Source: Promethearchaeati archaeon
Lineage (GTDB): Archaea > Asgardarchaeota > Heimdallarchaeia > JABLTI01
Reading direction: 5' to 3'
Assembly (NCBI GenBank): GCA_013166835.1
Contig: JABLTI010000053.1
Location: 1 to 26,084 of the forward strand
Length of the DNA stretch: 26,084 bases
Shown here: in pieces, positions 18,295 to 26,084 of the stretch
Layout: every line of letters begins with the position of its first letter
Numbering within the stretch: the stretch's first letter is position 1
Notes under the pieces: model-generated
What the model was told of the DNA's origin: nothing
Database searches by the model: none
Seen by the model: only the letters and a program-made list of their open reading frames with translations
Program-made: the position numbers and the translations under genes

Positions 18295-18960
18295 TCAGAC
18301 TTTCCCATAGCATTCTGCTGCTTTCTGCGGATTCTTGGTTTTCTCGTAACAATCTCCCAAGTTTTTCCAGGCTTCCTTGTGGTCAGGCTCAAGTGCGACT
18401 GTTTCCGAGTAGAAGAGGATGGCTTTCGGGTAAACCTCCAATGATTGGTAAATCAATCCTAAGTGGTACAAAGCAAAAGCGTTTTTCCCATCAAACTCCA
18501 GCACTTCGTAGAACCCTTTCTTCGCTTCCTCCAGTTTGTCCAAGGCATAGTAACTGTAGCTTAAGCGGTTGAGGGTTTCCTTCCGCTTATAATCTAGTCC
18601 CAGAGCTTTTTTGTAGTGATCAATGGCTTTCTGCACTCGTCCCTGATTGAAATAAGCGAATCCCAAATGATCCCAGTGAGTAGGGTTTCTTGGTTCTTGT
18701 TCCGTTGGTTTCTTGAGGAATTTCTCTGCTTTAAAGGGATTGCCTATGTGGAGATAAATCATCCCAATCATAGTCCAAGGAAGAGCTTTTTCCAAGTCTT
18801 TGTCTAGAAATTGCAACCAGAGATCTATTGCCTGGAGGAATTCTTTTTTATCCACTTGTTCGGTTGCAGTCAAATCGAACAATTCCTCTTCTGTAATCTG
18901 CGTTCCTTTCGCTAAACTGTCTGGAAACCACTTCTCGTCAAGCATAAGCCTTACTCTCAC
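18295..18960 (-). CDS. Tetratricopeptide repeat protein
   Basis: About five 34-aa TPR units (HWDHLGFAYFNQGRVQKAIDHYKKALGLD, ALYHLGLIYQSL, AWKNLGDCYEKT..PQKAAECY). GTG start. Confidence 0.88.
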   Translation of the reverse strand: MRVRLMLDEKWFPDSLAKGTQITEEELFDLTATEQVDKKEFLQAIDLWLQFLDKDLEKALPWTMIGMIYLHIGNPFKAEKFLKKPTEQEPRNPTHWDHLGFAYFNQGRVQKAIDHYKKALGLDYKRKETLNRLSYSYYALDKLEEAKKGFYEVLEFDGKNAFALYHLGLIYQSLEVYPKAILFYSETVALEPDHKEAWKNLGDCYEKTKNPQKAAECYGKV

Positions 18961-19087
18961 AGTATTTTGTCGCGATTATCTTTTTAAAGACCTAATTTTT
19001 AGCCAGAAAACAAAAAAACAAAGAAGACGCAATACTACTTGTTGAGAAAAGAATTTTTTTCTATTCCCAAGAGAAAACGGAAATATA

Positions 19088-19117
19088 GGACGGGGAGGAA
19101 GAAGAAAACCCCCGTCC
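19088..19117 (-). terminator. GC-rich hairpin downstream of the beta-propeller gene
   Basis: ggacgggg (19088-19095) and ccccgtcc (19110-19117) form a perfect 8-bp stem in AT-rich DNA, ~40 nt after the stop. Confidence 0.5.
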
Positions 19118-19155
19118 ACTAGTTTTTAATGTTCTTCTTTTAGAAATCGAAGTAA

Positions 19156-21093
19156 CTATTTTTTCCTTCTTCTTATGAGAACCACTGCTACAACGATTCC
19201 CAGTGTAGCTGTCAATATAGCTGAAGTGAAGATAATTCCTGATTCCACTGTGGTCGTAACCGTATTATTTTGAGTAATGGTTTCAGGCGGAGGAGTAATA
19301 GTGATAGTTTCTGGTGGAGGAGTATAACCTGGGTAGCTTGATGGATCAGTTGGATCTGTTCCAGTAATAATTTCAACGTAATCATTATACCCGTCCCCAT
19401 CAGTGTCATGTTTAGTGGGATCTGTTCCTATAATTACTTCTTCATTATCAAAGAGGAGATCATTATCTGTGTCTTGATCATTTGGATCGGTTAAATAAAT
19501 GAAAATCTCATCACTATCTATTAGAGAATCATCATCTGAGTCATTATCAATGGGACTTGTTCCATAAGTATAAACTTCCTCATCATCCAAAAGACCATCA
19601 TCATCGGAATCAATATCCAAAGGATCAGATCCATAAAGCATTATTTCTTCCCCGTCCAGCAAATTATCATTATCACAATCATCATCAAGAGGATCTGTGT
19701 AATAATAAGATATTTCCTCCCAATCATCCAATAAATCATTATCTGTATCTGATTTTAATGGATCGGTATTATAGAAGCTTTCAGTAAGATCATCCATATA
19801 ATCACTGTCACTATCCATTTGCCCGGTATGGAAAACGGAACCTCTGAAGCAATACCAAGGGGCAATCCCACTTGAGCTGACTCCAGTTAAACCTAAGCAA
19901 TAGAGATTATTGTCATATGATCCTATGAGAATTTCATAAATACCATCTGTATCTAAATCAGCAACACAAGGAGAAGAAGCAATCCAATCACCTATTATGT
20001 AGCTCCATTCTAAACCACCAGTGTGACTAATACAGTAAAGCTTGTCATCAGTTGACCCTACAAGTACTTCTAAGGTGCCATCATTATCGAGATCAGCTAC
20101 AGCGGGAGAAGAATGAATTGAGTCACCTGTTGTGTAGTTCCATTCTTCAGTCCCGAAATGACTAATACAGTAAAGCTTGTCATCAGTTGACCCTACAAGT
20201 ACTTCTAAGGTGCCATCATTATCGAGATCAGCTACAGCAGGAGATGACAGGATATAACTACCTGTTGTATAGCTCCATTCCACTCCACCTGTATGATTAA
20301 AACAGTAAAGCTTGTAATCAAATGACCCTACAAGTACTTCTAAGGTGCCATCATTATCGAGGTCAACTATAGTAGGAGAAGATTGAATCCAATCCCCTGT
20401 TGTGTAGCTCCACTCTAAACCACCAGTGTGATTAAAACAGTAAAGCTTGTTATCTTCTGATCCTACCAACACTTCTAAGGTACCATCATTATCGAGATCA
20501 GCTACAGCAGGAGAAGACCTTATCCTACCATTTGTCGTATAGTTCCATTCTTCAATCCCTAAATGACTGATACAATAAAGCTTGTAATCCCAAGACCCTA
20601 CAAGTACTTCTAAAGTACCATCATTATCAAGATCAGCTACAGCAGGAGAAGAATAAACATAACTACTTGTTGTGTAGTTCCATTCTTCAGTCCCAATATG
20701 ACTGATACAGTAAAGCTTGTGATCCTCTGACCCTACAAGTACTTCTAGAGTGCCATCAGCATCTAAGTCAGCTATTGTAGGAGAAGGATAGATATCATTA
20801 CTTGTTGTATAGTTCCATTCTTCAATTCCTAAATGACTGATACAGTAAAGCTTGTAATCCCTTGACCCCACAAGTACTTCTAGTGTGCCATCAGCATCGA
20901 GATCAGCTACAGTAGGAGAGGAATAAATGTATTTACCTGTTGTATAATTCCACTTCTGATACACTCCCATTGCCTGAGGGAGGAATTCATCATCAACACT
21001 CTCATTTGTTTTCGCGTCGATTTTTATTGGTTTAACGAAAACAACAACTATTAAAAAAATGATTACTACAAAACATTTTCTTGAGACTTTCAT
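19156..21093 (-). CDS. Cell-surface protein: signal peptide, 8-blade FG-GAP/PQQ-like beta-propeller, TSP3-like Ca-binding repeats, Pro/Thr linker and TM anchor
   Basis: Eight 45-aa repeats (WNYTT...SSPAVADLDNDGTLEVLVGS.D.KLYC). About seven DxDxDxLxDxxE...TDP repeats. TPPPETIT occurs twice. C-terminal TM ends in RRRKK. Confidence 0.9.
   Translation of the reverse strand: MKVSRKCFVVIIFLIVVVFVKPIKIDAKTNESVDDEFLPQAMGVYQKWNYTTGKYIYSSPTVADLDADGTLEVLVGSRDYKLYCISHLGIEEWNYTTSNDIYPSPTIADLDADGTLEVLVGSEDHKLYCISHIGTEEWNYTTSSYVYSSPAVADLDNDGTLEVLVGSWDYKLYCISHLGIEEWNYTTNGRIRSSPAVADLDNDGTLEVLVGSEDNKLYCFNHTGGLEWSYTTGDWIQSSPTIVDLDNDGTLEVLVGSFDYKLYCFNHTGGVEWSYTTGSYILSSPAVADLDNDGTLEVLVGSTDDKLYCISHFGTEEWNYTTGDSIHSSPAVADLDNDGTLEVLVGSTDDKLYCISHTGGLEWSYIIGDWIASSPCVADLDTDGIYEILIGSYDNNLYCLGLTGVSSSGIAPWYCFRGSVFHTGQMDSDSDYMDDLTESFYNTDPLKSDTDNDLLDDWEEISYYYTDPLDDDCDNDNLLDGEEIMLYGSDPLDIDSDDDGLLDDEEVYTYGTSPIDNDSDDDSLIDSDEIFIYLTDPNDQDTDNDLLFDNEEVIIGTDPTKHDTDGDGYNDYVEIITGTDPTDPSSYPGYTPPPETITITPPPETITQNNTVTTTVESGIIFTSAILTATLGIVVAVVLIRRRKK
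19330..19815 (-). repeat. ~7 thrombospondin type-3-like (DxDxDG) calcium-binding repeats
   Basis: Units of ~22-23 aa such as DTDNDLLDDWEE...TDP and DTDGDGYNDYVE...GTDP. Confidence 0.8.
19873..20952 (-). repeat. 8 x 135-bp tandem coding repeat
   Basis: Near-identical nucleotide blocks (e.g. cagtaaagcttgt, ccctacaagtacttctaaggtgccatcattatcgagatcagctac) recur every 135 bp. Confidence 0.92.
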
Positions 21094-21429
21094 TAAATAC
21101 CCACCCCGAAAAGGATACCATTATATTGTCTTGAGGATTCTTGTATGTTTCGCAAAAAAATGCGATTAGTGGGAGGGTATGGGTATCGTAATTTTCAACG
21201 GTATAATCAGAGAAGGAGAATGCTAAAAGAATAAAGATCATTAACCTACTGGCAAAGGAACCGTCTGGGACCTGTTTTCAATATACAAATATAAGAATGG
21301 GATATTTAAGGAAGTTTTTATACCAAAAAAGTTGTGTACATATTAATTCGATAGAATTATAATAATGAAGTATGTATTTAAAAACAAGGTTTAGACACAA
21401 CAAATCAATTAGTTGGAGAAAATAACAAA

Positions 21430-21657
21430 ATGCCACCAAAATGCCCAAATTGTAAAGGCAAGATGGAATATGAGCCACCAAACTATGTTTGCACTTCATG
21501 TGGATTAGTTGTTAACCGATTTGAGTTCGATAAAACAAAAAGAGAACACTTTGGCTCAAAAGCGGAAGAAAACGACGATTACTATGAAGAAAAGAAGAAG
21601 AAAAAAGACTATTTAGATTGGTATCTCTCTTCAGATAAAGAGAGTTATGATGAATAA
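21430..21657 (+). CDS. Small Zn-ribbon protein (TFIIB-type ribbon) with a charged tail
   Basis: CPNC...YVCTSCGLVV. GGAG upstream of the ATG. Confidence 0.75.
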   Translation: MPPKCPNCKGKMEYEPPNYVCTSCGLVVNRFEFDKTKREHFGSKAEENDDYYEEKKKKKDYLDWYLSSDKESYDE

Positions 21658-21826
21658 AGATTCCATCCTGAGTTAAATTGACATTATAATATTAAATGAT
21701 ACAAGTAGACTCGAGTGAATTCTCTTCTATTATCAATTTTTGTTATTTATCTTTTCAATACTGATTGTTTTACCTATATCAAAACAAAAAAAAGTCTTTA
21801 ACGGGAACCTATTACAAAAGAAGTGA

Positions 21827-22123
21827 TTGAGAGCCATGACAGTAAGAGGAAGACATTTACAATGTGACATGCGGAATGTATGTATTTCTTGTTCTGTTTA
21901 TACATGGCCTCCTAAAATGAATCAACCCAAGAAATACTATCATTGTGAACATTGCAATTTTGATATTATCTGTGATAAAGGATTATCAATCACCTATGAG
22001 TATTATGAAGACGGTTTTGTTGAGAAAAAAGCTAAATGCATTGAATGTAATAGAATTTTGCTTGAGAAAATTTGGCCTAAAATTCCCCCCAAACTTGAAA
22101 GAGAACTTCTTAGAATAGAATAA
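21827..22123 (+). CDS. Small Cys-rich (Zn-finger) hypothetical protein
   Basis: CISC, CEHC and CIEC pairs plus extra Cys/His residues. An alternative ATG start is at 21836. Confidence 0.65.
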   Translation: MRAMTVRGRHLQCDMRNVCISCSVYTWPPKMNQPKKYYHCEHCNFDIICDKGLSITYEYYEDGFVEKKAKCIECNRILLEKIWPKIPPKLERELLRIE

Positions 22124-22145
22124 TAAAACTTCTTTTGATAGGATA

Positions 22146-22517
22146 TCAGAATTTACCAATTAATGGACTGCTTTTCATAGTTCTAAAATCCGATTCAAAG
22201 ATTATTTCAATATTTATTTTTTCTTTACGAATGATCTCTTTCGCTCTAGGACTAATTTGACGGCAAATGAGGATTACTTTGTCAATGCCATATTTATTGA
22301 GATATTCTTCTAAATAGTATACCTTATCGTAAGGTACAGAACGATTCCACAGAAACAACATAACTGCTACCTTTGAATCAGTTGTAGTAACTGCGTAATC
22401 AATTGCTTTGAGCTTCTTTTGAACAACCAATTTTTCTGAATATTGGTAATTGTGTTCTGCTAAAAAATCCTTTATCTTTTCTTCAACTTCTTCATTTGTT
22501 AAGAATTTAGGATTCAA
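22146..22517 (-). CDS. Restriction-endonuclease-fold (Mrr-cat / RPB5-N-like) protein, probably catalytically degenerate
   Basis: E..IKDFL..HNY...IDYAV...VAVM....RSVPYDKV.......GIDKVILIC..ISPRAKE...NIEII matches the Mrr-like pattern. The (D/E/Q)xK motif is absent. Confidence 0.55.
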   Translation of the reverse strand: MNPKFLTNEEVEEKIKDFLAEHNYQYSEKLVVQKKLKAIDYAVTTTDSKVAVMLFLWNRSVPYDKVYYLEEYLNKYGIDKVILICRQISPRAKEIIRKEKINIEIIFESDFRTMKSSPLIGKF

Positions 22518-22690
22518 ATTTAGTTAAACTCCATATTTCATTTATAATCAGTATTATTCTATAATAACAATCTACCCTAAGAAACTTTGATTTGTATTAA
22601 TTAATGTTTTTCGGGAGAATTACAAATAGGCATAATCAGAAAAAACTAGTAAGAATACAAGAAAAAATGAACTTATATAAAAATAATTTT

Positions 22691-24432
22691 TTATGATTGC
22701 TTCTTCTTACTCCTCTTTCTAGTAGCAAATACTGTGATAACTGACAACATAACGATAGAAGCAAACACTTGTAATGGTGTAAAGCCCGGATTCAGTAGTG
22801 ATGAAGGATCAAACCCTGCTTTATTCATATAATATTTAGCTAAATCATGGTTTGCTGTATATACGGTAACATCAGATTTTACAAAAGTTCCAAATTTAAG
22901 CGATAATGGTGTTTCAATAATTTCAACTTCAACATCTAGTAAATCTAACATGATATTTTTGTCAATCATATGGGCAATTGCTTTGCGAACAGCTAGTCCT
23001 TTCGTCATAGTTTCATCTTCGGTAAGGGTTTGATCTATTAACGCTGGGCAATAATCTGATTTGAGATTAAACCCAAAATAAATCACATCATATTCATCTC
23101 TTGTTTGTTTCTGATAAGGAGCACTAGCATAATCAGTCATGTAATCTCTATAGTCTTTGAAGATATCTAGCTTCCCAGACTCAAATTCCAATCCTTTCAC
23201 GTTAAGATCAAAAAGAAAGCGGACTCTGTATTCTGCCATATCTAGATCTTCATTATAACCGAGTGGAGTGGAACCCCACCAATCCAGATTACTGTTGAAG
23301 ATACTTTCTACACCTTCACTAAAGCTATTAAGATAATACATACCAGTCCCTAAACAATTTTCTCCATAATTTAGCCAGTTTTCACTAGAAGTGTCAGGTA
23401 TTCCTTCAACATCAACATTTACATTAAGATAATGTTCTGGAAGGATAAGCTTTGTCAAATCATTTAGAGCTGGGGCATACGGTTGTAGACCAGCTTTGGT
23501 TAAATTACCATCAATATTGATTTGGACTGTGGAATTATCTATTTTTTCAACTTGGTCTATCCAATTGAAAAATGTCCCAATAGAAGATACTTCTTGATAC
23601 ATTTTTATCGAGAACAATACATCATCTGCATCAAATGGTTCATCAAGATAGATATGATCTATATCAGGTTGCCAAGTTACATTGTCTCTTAGATTTAATG
23701 TTAGAATTGTTTGATTAGAATTGAAAGTCCAACTTTCTGCTAAAACACCAACAGGAATTTGATTCTTATTGATTCTTATGAGTGGTTCAGAGATCAATGA
23801 AGCGAAGAATTCATCTTCTATATACAATGGATTTAAAATATCCCAATCACTCGGGTCAATATAATCTACAAACAGCCTAACAGATTATCATGGGAAACAT
23901 AAGTTGTGATTTTATTGAACATAGGAATAACAGGCAGCACATTAACCATTAAATTCTCTTGCCAATCGTGATAAATTCCTTCTCTTAATGTGGTATTTGT
24001 TTCAGCTAAACCTTCAAGCATTTTCTGCTCACTAAAATCTTGAAAAGCTATCTCATTATCTAAACCCCAATAATTTGCTGATCCTTCTTCTGAGAAGACA
24101 TATGTAGGATTAACATCAAATCCTGGCCAATCAACATCAATCAATACAATATCAAATTCTTTTGAGAGAACCGCAGCTTCAAAAACCCCGCTAGGATATG
24201 GATAAATGATACTATCAATACGGATTCTTTTGAGTTCTTGAGCTATTAATATCGCAAGATGATCTATCTCACTATCACTTCTACTTAATATCCGAACTCT
24301 GAAAAAGAAATCATCTTGTGAAGCTGCCTGGATTTTTACAGAAGCAATTGCTGAAAAAAGTATAATAGTTGAAATTAGTGCAACAAGTATAATTGATTTC
24401 TTTCTTTTAGTTAGGTTCAACTTAGAATTCAT
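22691..24432 (-). pseudogene. Family-5 (Opp/Dpp) ABC solute-binding protein, circularly permuted, split by a frameshift at ~23870; PGF-CTERM-like anchor
   Basis: ORF 23866-24432 has a signal peptide plus OppA C-terminal motifs. The alternative frame (FVDYIDPSDWDILNPLYIED) continues into OppA N-terminal motifs (LAESW, LRDNVTW, FDADDVLFS, GTGMY, VRKAIAHMIDK, AKYYMNKAGF). The C-terminus is PGF + TM + RKRSKKK. Confidence 0.8.
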
Positions 24433-24498
24433 CTCACATTAAGTTAATAATGAATTACAAGCTAATGCGATATGTAATAATTCTTTGTATGATTATAG

Positions 24499-24527
24499 AA
24501 AAAAAAAAGAGAACCAAGTTTGGTTCT
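24499..24527 (-). terminator. Hairpin plus poly-U terminator of the upstream surface-protein gene
   Basis: The minus strand reads agaacca-aact-tggttct followed shortly by 10 T, ~27 nt after the stop at 24555. Confidence 0.6.
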
Positions 24528-24554
24528 GATTGTATTGGAAACTTGATGAAAGCC

Positions 24555-26084
24555 CTAATCCATAAAGCCTTTGTCTAGTTTCTCTTCTCGTTCTCTTTCA
24601 AGTGTGATTCTCTTCTTTCTTGGTCTCCACCAGGCTAACCAGCCAAAGAGTGTAACAAAACCAATTAAGAAGATTTCAGGTAATATGTAGTATACAACTG
24701 GAAGTGGACGTGAGATTTGGAATAGGTCAGAAGCCAAACCTCTACTTACAACAGTTACATTAACATTCATATTTTTTATATCTGCAGCAGCGAAGTACAT
24801 ATTATCTGGTAACTCACTCACATCAATGTCATCATAGTACCACCATTGATTAGCCTCATCCCATGACAAATCAGTAAGACCTAATTGTGGAGCATTGGAA
24901 GCGATACCATCAAATAGATAGATTTTAACTGTAGCTTTACGATTATCTGTCATAAATGCAGGTATTTCTTTTTCATGGATTTCATAGTAGTCTATTACTC
25001 CATCATAAGTTGCATTTGAGTAATCAGTATGTGCAGTGATATTGTAAACATCTACTGTTAAAGTTTCAAGGTCAAAAGAAATCATCGGTGCTGAGGTAGT
25101 AATGTTGTGAAACCGTGTTGTGAAGTAATTAGTACCTGTAGCTTGAGCCCAATTCACTAAAGTTGATTGGTTTAACTCATTGTATCTCAAGTAACCAATT
25201 GGTAGGCTTGTGATTCTAAAACGAACTACGACATAATTATCAAATGTTACAGGTGTATGGAACCACCCAATATCTGTTTGATTATCATACCACGTTTGAG
25301 AGGCTACATCATAAGATAATGAACCATTAATTGGTTTATTTTCAGTATCAATACCAGCAACACCAATTGGTTCTGTTCCTGGTTGTACTGCACCTACACC
25401 TTTCTGATATAGGAACCAGTCAGCACTATCAACTTCGTGAGGTTCTAAGAAATCATATTCTGGTATGTTTTGTAATTGTGCTTTTATGTCCCAGATATCA
25501 AGCATCCATGTGCTTGGTGTATAATGATATTTGAAGGATGTAAAGTTAACGTATAGGAAATTAGAAATAAATGATTCATCTCCAGAACTCCAAGTTCTAG
25601 TTGTTCCAGGCATATTGAAAGTATAGTATATTCGGTGTTCTGTCATGGCTACGGTACCATTTATCAAAACATCATCAAAGTACCAAGTATTTGTTCCGCC
25701 ATCATAACTTAAATCATAGACATTAGTTCCAAGTGATGGTGATCCTTCATCTTCAAGTGGGAAGTAGGCAAAACGGAATGCTGCTTCAGTTGCAGTCGTA
25801 TCATTTAGTATATTCGTTCCTATTGAATCAGTATAATTGACTTGGAAGTTATCTATGGAAAGATGATTTGTTGTATTTTCATAATTAACAGTTGATACTG
25901 GAATGTCAATATATTTCCAATTTACCTCGAGTAAAGCATTTTGTAAGACTGAAAATATTGCTTCCACGGAGTATTCTAAGCAAGTCTGCACATCAGCCAA
26001 GTAAGCTGGTGTCCAATCAGTAATCAAGGGATGGGAGCTAAAATTATTTCCCAAGTCATAGGCTAAAGGATGTATATTCTTAGC
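24555..26084 (-). CDS. Large extracellular/surface glycoprotein with a C-terminal TM anchor, 5'-truncated by the window edge
   Basis: The frame is open to the window end. It is beta-rich with many Asn/Thr/Asp/aromatic residues and many N-x-S/T sequons. LSYD...TWY-type units recur. TM segment YYILPEIFLIGFVTLFGWLAWW is followed by RPRKKR. Confidence 0.8.
   Translation of the reverse strand, partial: AKNIHPLAYDLGNNFSSHPLITDWTPAYLADVQTCLEYSVEAIFSVLQNALLEVNWKYIDIPVSTVNYENTTNHLSIDNFQVNYTDSIGTNILNDTTATEAAFRFAYFPLEDEGSPSLGTNVYDLSYDGGTNTWYFDDVLINGTVAMTEHRIYYTFNMPGTTRTWSSGDESFISNFLYVNFTSFKYHYTPSTWMLDIWDIKAQLQNIPEYDFLEPHEVDSADWFLYQKGVGAVQPGTEPIGVAGIDTENKPINGSLSYDVASQTWYDNQTDIGWFHTPVTFDNYVVVRFRITSLPIGYLRYNELNQSTLVNWAQATGTNYFTTRFHNITTSAPMISFDLETLTVDVYNITAHTDYSNATYDGVIDYYEIHEKEIPAFMTDNRKATVKIYLFDGIASNAPQLGLTDLSWDEANQWWYYDDIDVSELPDNMYFAAADIKNMNVNVTVVSRGLASDLFQISRPLPVVYYILPEIFLIGFVTLFGWLAWWRPRKKRITLEREREEKLDKGFMD

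Noticed and set aside
12900-19150. CRISPR array associated with the Cas1-like and Cas4-like genes
   Set aside because: No conserved 24-47-nt repeats separated by unique spacers were found in any intergenic region. The upstream repeats are degenerate and low-complexity.
19873-20952. Diversity-generating retroelement acting on the propeller repeats
   Set aside because: No reverse transcriptase or non-coding template repeat is present in the window, and the differences between units are not evidently adenine-specific.
12957-21107. Casposon-like terminal inverted repeat (gggtattt at ~12962 versus aaataccc at ~21095)
   Set aside because: The match is only 8 bp and does not extend. No target-site duplication is seen, there is no PolB, and the right copy coincides with a ribosome-binding site.
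21647-21700. Possible C/D-box sRNA (ATGATGA at 21647-21653, CTGA at 21668-21671)
   Set aside because: No convincing C' or terminal D box, no recognisable rRNA complement, and the C box is explained by the Tyr-Asp-Glu codons of the upstream ORF.
9955-25534. Short alternative ORFs (e.g. 9955-10158, 11244-11447, 13151-13399, 18279-18572, 21032-21241, 21278-21499, 25331-25534)
   Set aside because: They overlap stronger genes or lie in AT-rich spacers, and show no recognisable domains or ribosome-binding sites.
1-26084. tRNA or rRNA genes (including a tRNA integration site for the island)
   Set aside because: No GC-rich cloverleaf or rRNA-like segment was seen in any intergenic region.

Overview
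AT-rich archaeal genomic DNA, most likely from an Asgard archaeon. This is inferred from the archaea-specific gatD/gatE pair, archaeal uS13-uS4-uS11, a 7TM-longin fusion and PGF-type surface anchors. The left arm (1-9.9 kb) is housekeeping: PLP aminotransferase, Zn-ribbon protein, rps11/rps4/rps13, a frameshifted gatE and gatD. The centre (~9.9-21.2 kb) is an accessory island rich in nucleases. It holds a stand-alone TnpB with a rearranged RuvC-II and a likely omega-RNA, a double-LAGLIDADG plus HTH endonuclease, and a tightly coupled four-gene operon. The operon encodes wHTH protein A, a 668-aa highly diverged Cas1-like integrase with an N-terminal wHTH and two Cys4 clusters, wHTH protein B (an apparent paralog of A) and a Cas4-like nuclease. 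No cas2, CRISPR array or PolB is present, and the operon is preceded by degenerate ~30-bp repeats. The island continues with a HEPN-motif gene, a TPR gene and an 8x135-bp repeat beta-propeller surface protein. The right arm has small Zn-finger proteins, a degenerate Mrr/RPB5-N-like protein, a circularly permuted and frameshifted family-5 ABC solute-binding protein, and a partial surface glycoprotein. The most exciting candidate system is the Cas1-like/Cas4/paired-wHTH operon at 13194-17422. All protein assignments come from motifs read by eye; no searches were run.
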